Origin: Octopus bimaculoides
Taxonomy: Eukaryota
Assembly: GCF_001194135.2 (NCBI RefSeq)
Contig: NC_068993.1
Coordinates: 47,353,337 to 47,389,792, forward strand
Length of the DNA: 36,456 nt
Direction of reading: 5' to 3'
The position numbers were made by a program, and so were the translations under genes. The notes beneath the pieces are model-generated. The model made no database searches. It was not told the origin of the DNA and was given only the letters and a program-made list of their open reading frames with translations. Below are positions 34,737 to 36,456 of the stretch, piece by piece (the stretch's first letter is position 1; every line of letters starts with the position of its first letter).

Positions 34737-34826
34737 TATTATTATTATTATTATTATTATAATTACTATAATAATAATAATAATAATAATAACAATAACA
34801 ATAACAATAATAATAATAATAATAAT
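34030..34826. repeat. Degenerate trinucleotide field: (CAT/CGT)n, then (GAT/GAC)n, (AAT)n(ATT)n(AAT)n
   Basis: Direct reading; source of the poly-D/M/I ORFs. Confidence 0.9.
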
Positions 34827-35480
34827 GTAGAATATCATAAATACATTTAGAGGATTAGAAAAATGAAAATGAGCGAAGAATATATGAAGACGGGAATGGG
34901 GGATATGAAATAATTGGAAAGAAAAAGAATTGGTCTTATAATGTAATACACAACGAAATGGTGGAGCAGTTGGTATATGTATGTACGTATGCCAATCTGT
35001 ATCTATTTGTATGTATATATGTATACAGTTGTATATGTATATATATATATATATATACATATACACATACACACCTTGAATAATATCTTCCTTTGCAAAA
35101 CTAGTGACAATTTTTGCAAATGCATCCCGAAATACGGAATACCGAAGTAGTAAGTCCTTGCGAACAATGATCAGATAATCTACTCAGTGAGATTATATGT
35201 CGAGGTTAACCTTTACTTGTCAAAACGTTTTTCATATGCTTTTCCTAAACGTTCATTCTCGTTGTTTTTTTAACTCTTAGTCCGTTTCACATTTTCTGAG
35301 TAATATAAGACTTTAATTTCCTATTTCCTAACTTACTCTGGGGATTGAAAAAAATGGGAATGTCTATCGTATACGTTTCATAGACACCAACAAAATATGT
35401 CTTGCGTATCATATGTGAAGCACAACACAGGCGACGAGTTGTATGAACAACTAATGTTACACTAACATCTAAGAAAATCA

Positions 35481-35645
35481 TTCTTTTCTACGCTAAGCAC
35501 AGGACCCGGAATTTTTTTGTGAGGGGACCAGTCGATTAGATAGACCCCACTATGCAACTGGTTCTTAATCTAAAGGATGAAAGGCAAAGTCGACGTCAGC
35601 GGAATTTGAACTCAGAACGTAGAGACAGATGAAATACCGCTAACA
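35481..35645 (-). mobile_element. SINE family A, alternative-tail variant, 5'-truncated
   Basis: AAAGGATGAAAGGCAAAGTCGACGTCAGCGGAATTTGAACTCAGAACGTA...GAAATACCGCTAA matches the family A core. Confidence 0.85.
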
Positions 35646-35895
35646 TCTCGGTAAATTATTGGCCAAACAAGAGCCAGTGAAGATGCCTTCTTAGGGGTTT
35701 GTTTGATCTATTAGAAATTTCAACCTACTTAGCAGAAGTCAAACTCCACCATGTTAAGAGAGCCGTGATAACTGTAAACAATAGTCTAAAATGTAGAAAA
35801 CATGTGGGTGTACCGTGAATTGAGAGCAGCATATTGTGACAATAATAAAAGTTTAGAGAAGACATAAGGAGGGGAGGTCTAATGAAGATCTGTAA

Positions 35896-36046
35896 ATGAA
35901 TCGCAGTCCCCTTGAAGATGTGCCAACACACACAAATCTGTTCGATTCTACAAGCCTTCAACTTCTTATTAATTCATCCGAACCACTACAATCTTACGAG
36001 AACAAGGCGTTCGTTAAGCAGACGGGTTGTGACAAAGAGGGGACAG
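35896..36046 (+). other. Weak candidate first coding exon
   Basis: ATG at 35896, open frame MNRSPLEDVPTHTNLFDSTSLQLLINSSEPLQSYENKAFVKQTGCDKEGT, donor CAG|GTATGG. Weak start context; no homology recognised. Confidence 0.17.
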
Positions 36047-36258
36047 GTATGGCACAAGAACATTTTTTCAAATAGAATATAAGGGTTGGCTTGAGCAGCG
36101 ACAAACAGGTTGCTTATAAAAATGTATGGATGATATACCAAGGTATACAATTTGATGTATGCATGTATATATAGATTTCTCATTACCTTCGTGATATTTT
36201 TTTATGAATTAAGGTAATACAGGCAGACTGTAAGAAGAGAGGGTCGTTTCCATCTCAG

Positions 36259-36326
36259 GTCCATCTCTATTTATATAAAGCAACTAAAAGCATGCAGGCA
36301 TAGTTACACAGATGCGCTGTACTTTG
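36259..36326 (+). other. Weak candidate exon (68 bp)
   Basis: Acceptor TTTCCATCTCAG|G and donor TTG|GTAAGT; one frame open (SISIYIKQLKACRHSYTDALYF). Confidence 0.2.
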
Positions 36327-36397
36327 GTAAGTGTTTTCACTATATCTCCAAGCGGATAAAAATCCTTGTAATAGATGTAAACATGCATACATATATA

Positions 36398-36399
<2 letters not shown>

Positions 36400-36456
<57 letters not shown>
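36400..36456. repeat. (CT)n microsatellite to window end
   Basis: Direct reading. Confidence 0.97.

Noticed and set aside
35090-35468. EGF-like CKTSDNFCKCIPKYG (+) and a 132-bp phase-symmetric minus exon (35337-35468)
   Set aside because: The first has no acceptor and an incomplete cysteine pattern; the second has no recognisable homology.

Overview
Repeat-dominated, AT-rich eukaryotic genomic DNA from a gappy short-read scaffold (12 N-gaps, most flanked by microsatellites). The SINE families and the microsatellite density point to a coleoid cephalopod, most likely Octopus; this is recalled family resemblance, not a database result. I find no confidently identifiable host protein-coding gene, rRNA or tRNA gene, or CRISPR array. 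Nearly all ORFs in the supplied track are microsatellite, N-gap or antisense-transposon artefacts. The window holds: (i) tRNA-derived SINE copies and fragments of about four families (labelled A-D here); (ii) decayed Tc1/mariner-superfamily remnants (a Tc1-like HTH fragment, two maT/DD37D-type copies, a mariner copy, a mariner MITE, a probable pogo/Tigger tail); (iii) non-LTR retrotransposon pieces (5' and 3' fragments of R4/Dong-like elements and a CR1/L2-like 3' end); (iv) mini- and microsatellites. I cannot support a new biological system here. The features most worth a second look are two closely spaced inverted SINE pairs (possible ADAR substrates if transcribed), a SINE head fused to a LINE tail, a 369-bp duplication with an inverted junction, interleaved inverted repeats near 0.9-1.3 kb, a phase-preserving 24-bp minisatellite, and a few weak candidate exons.
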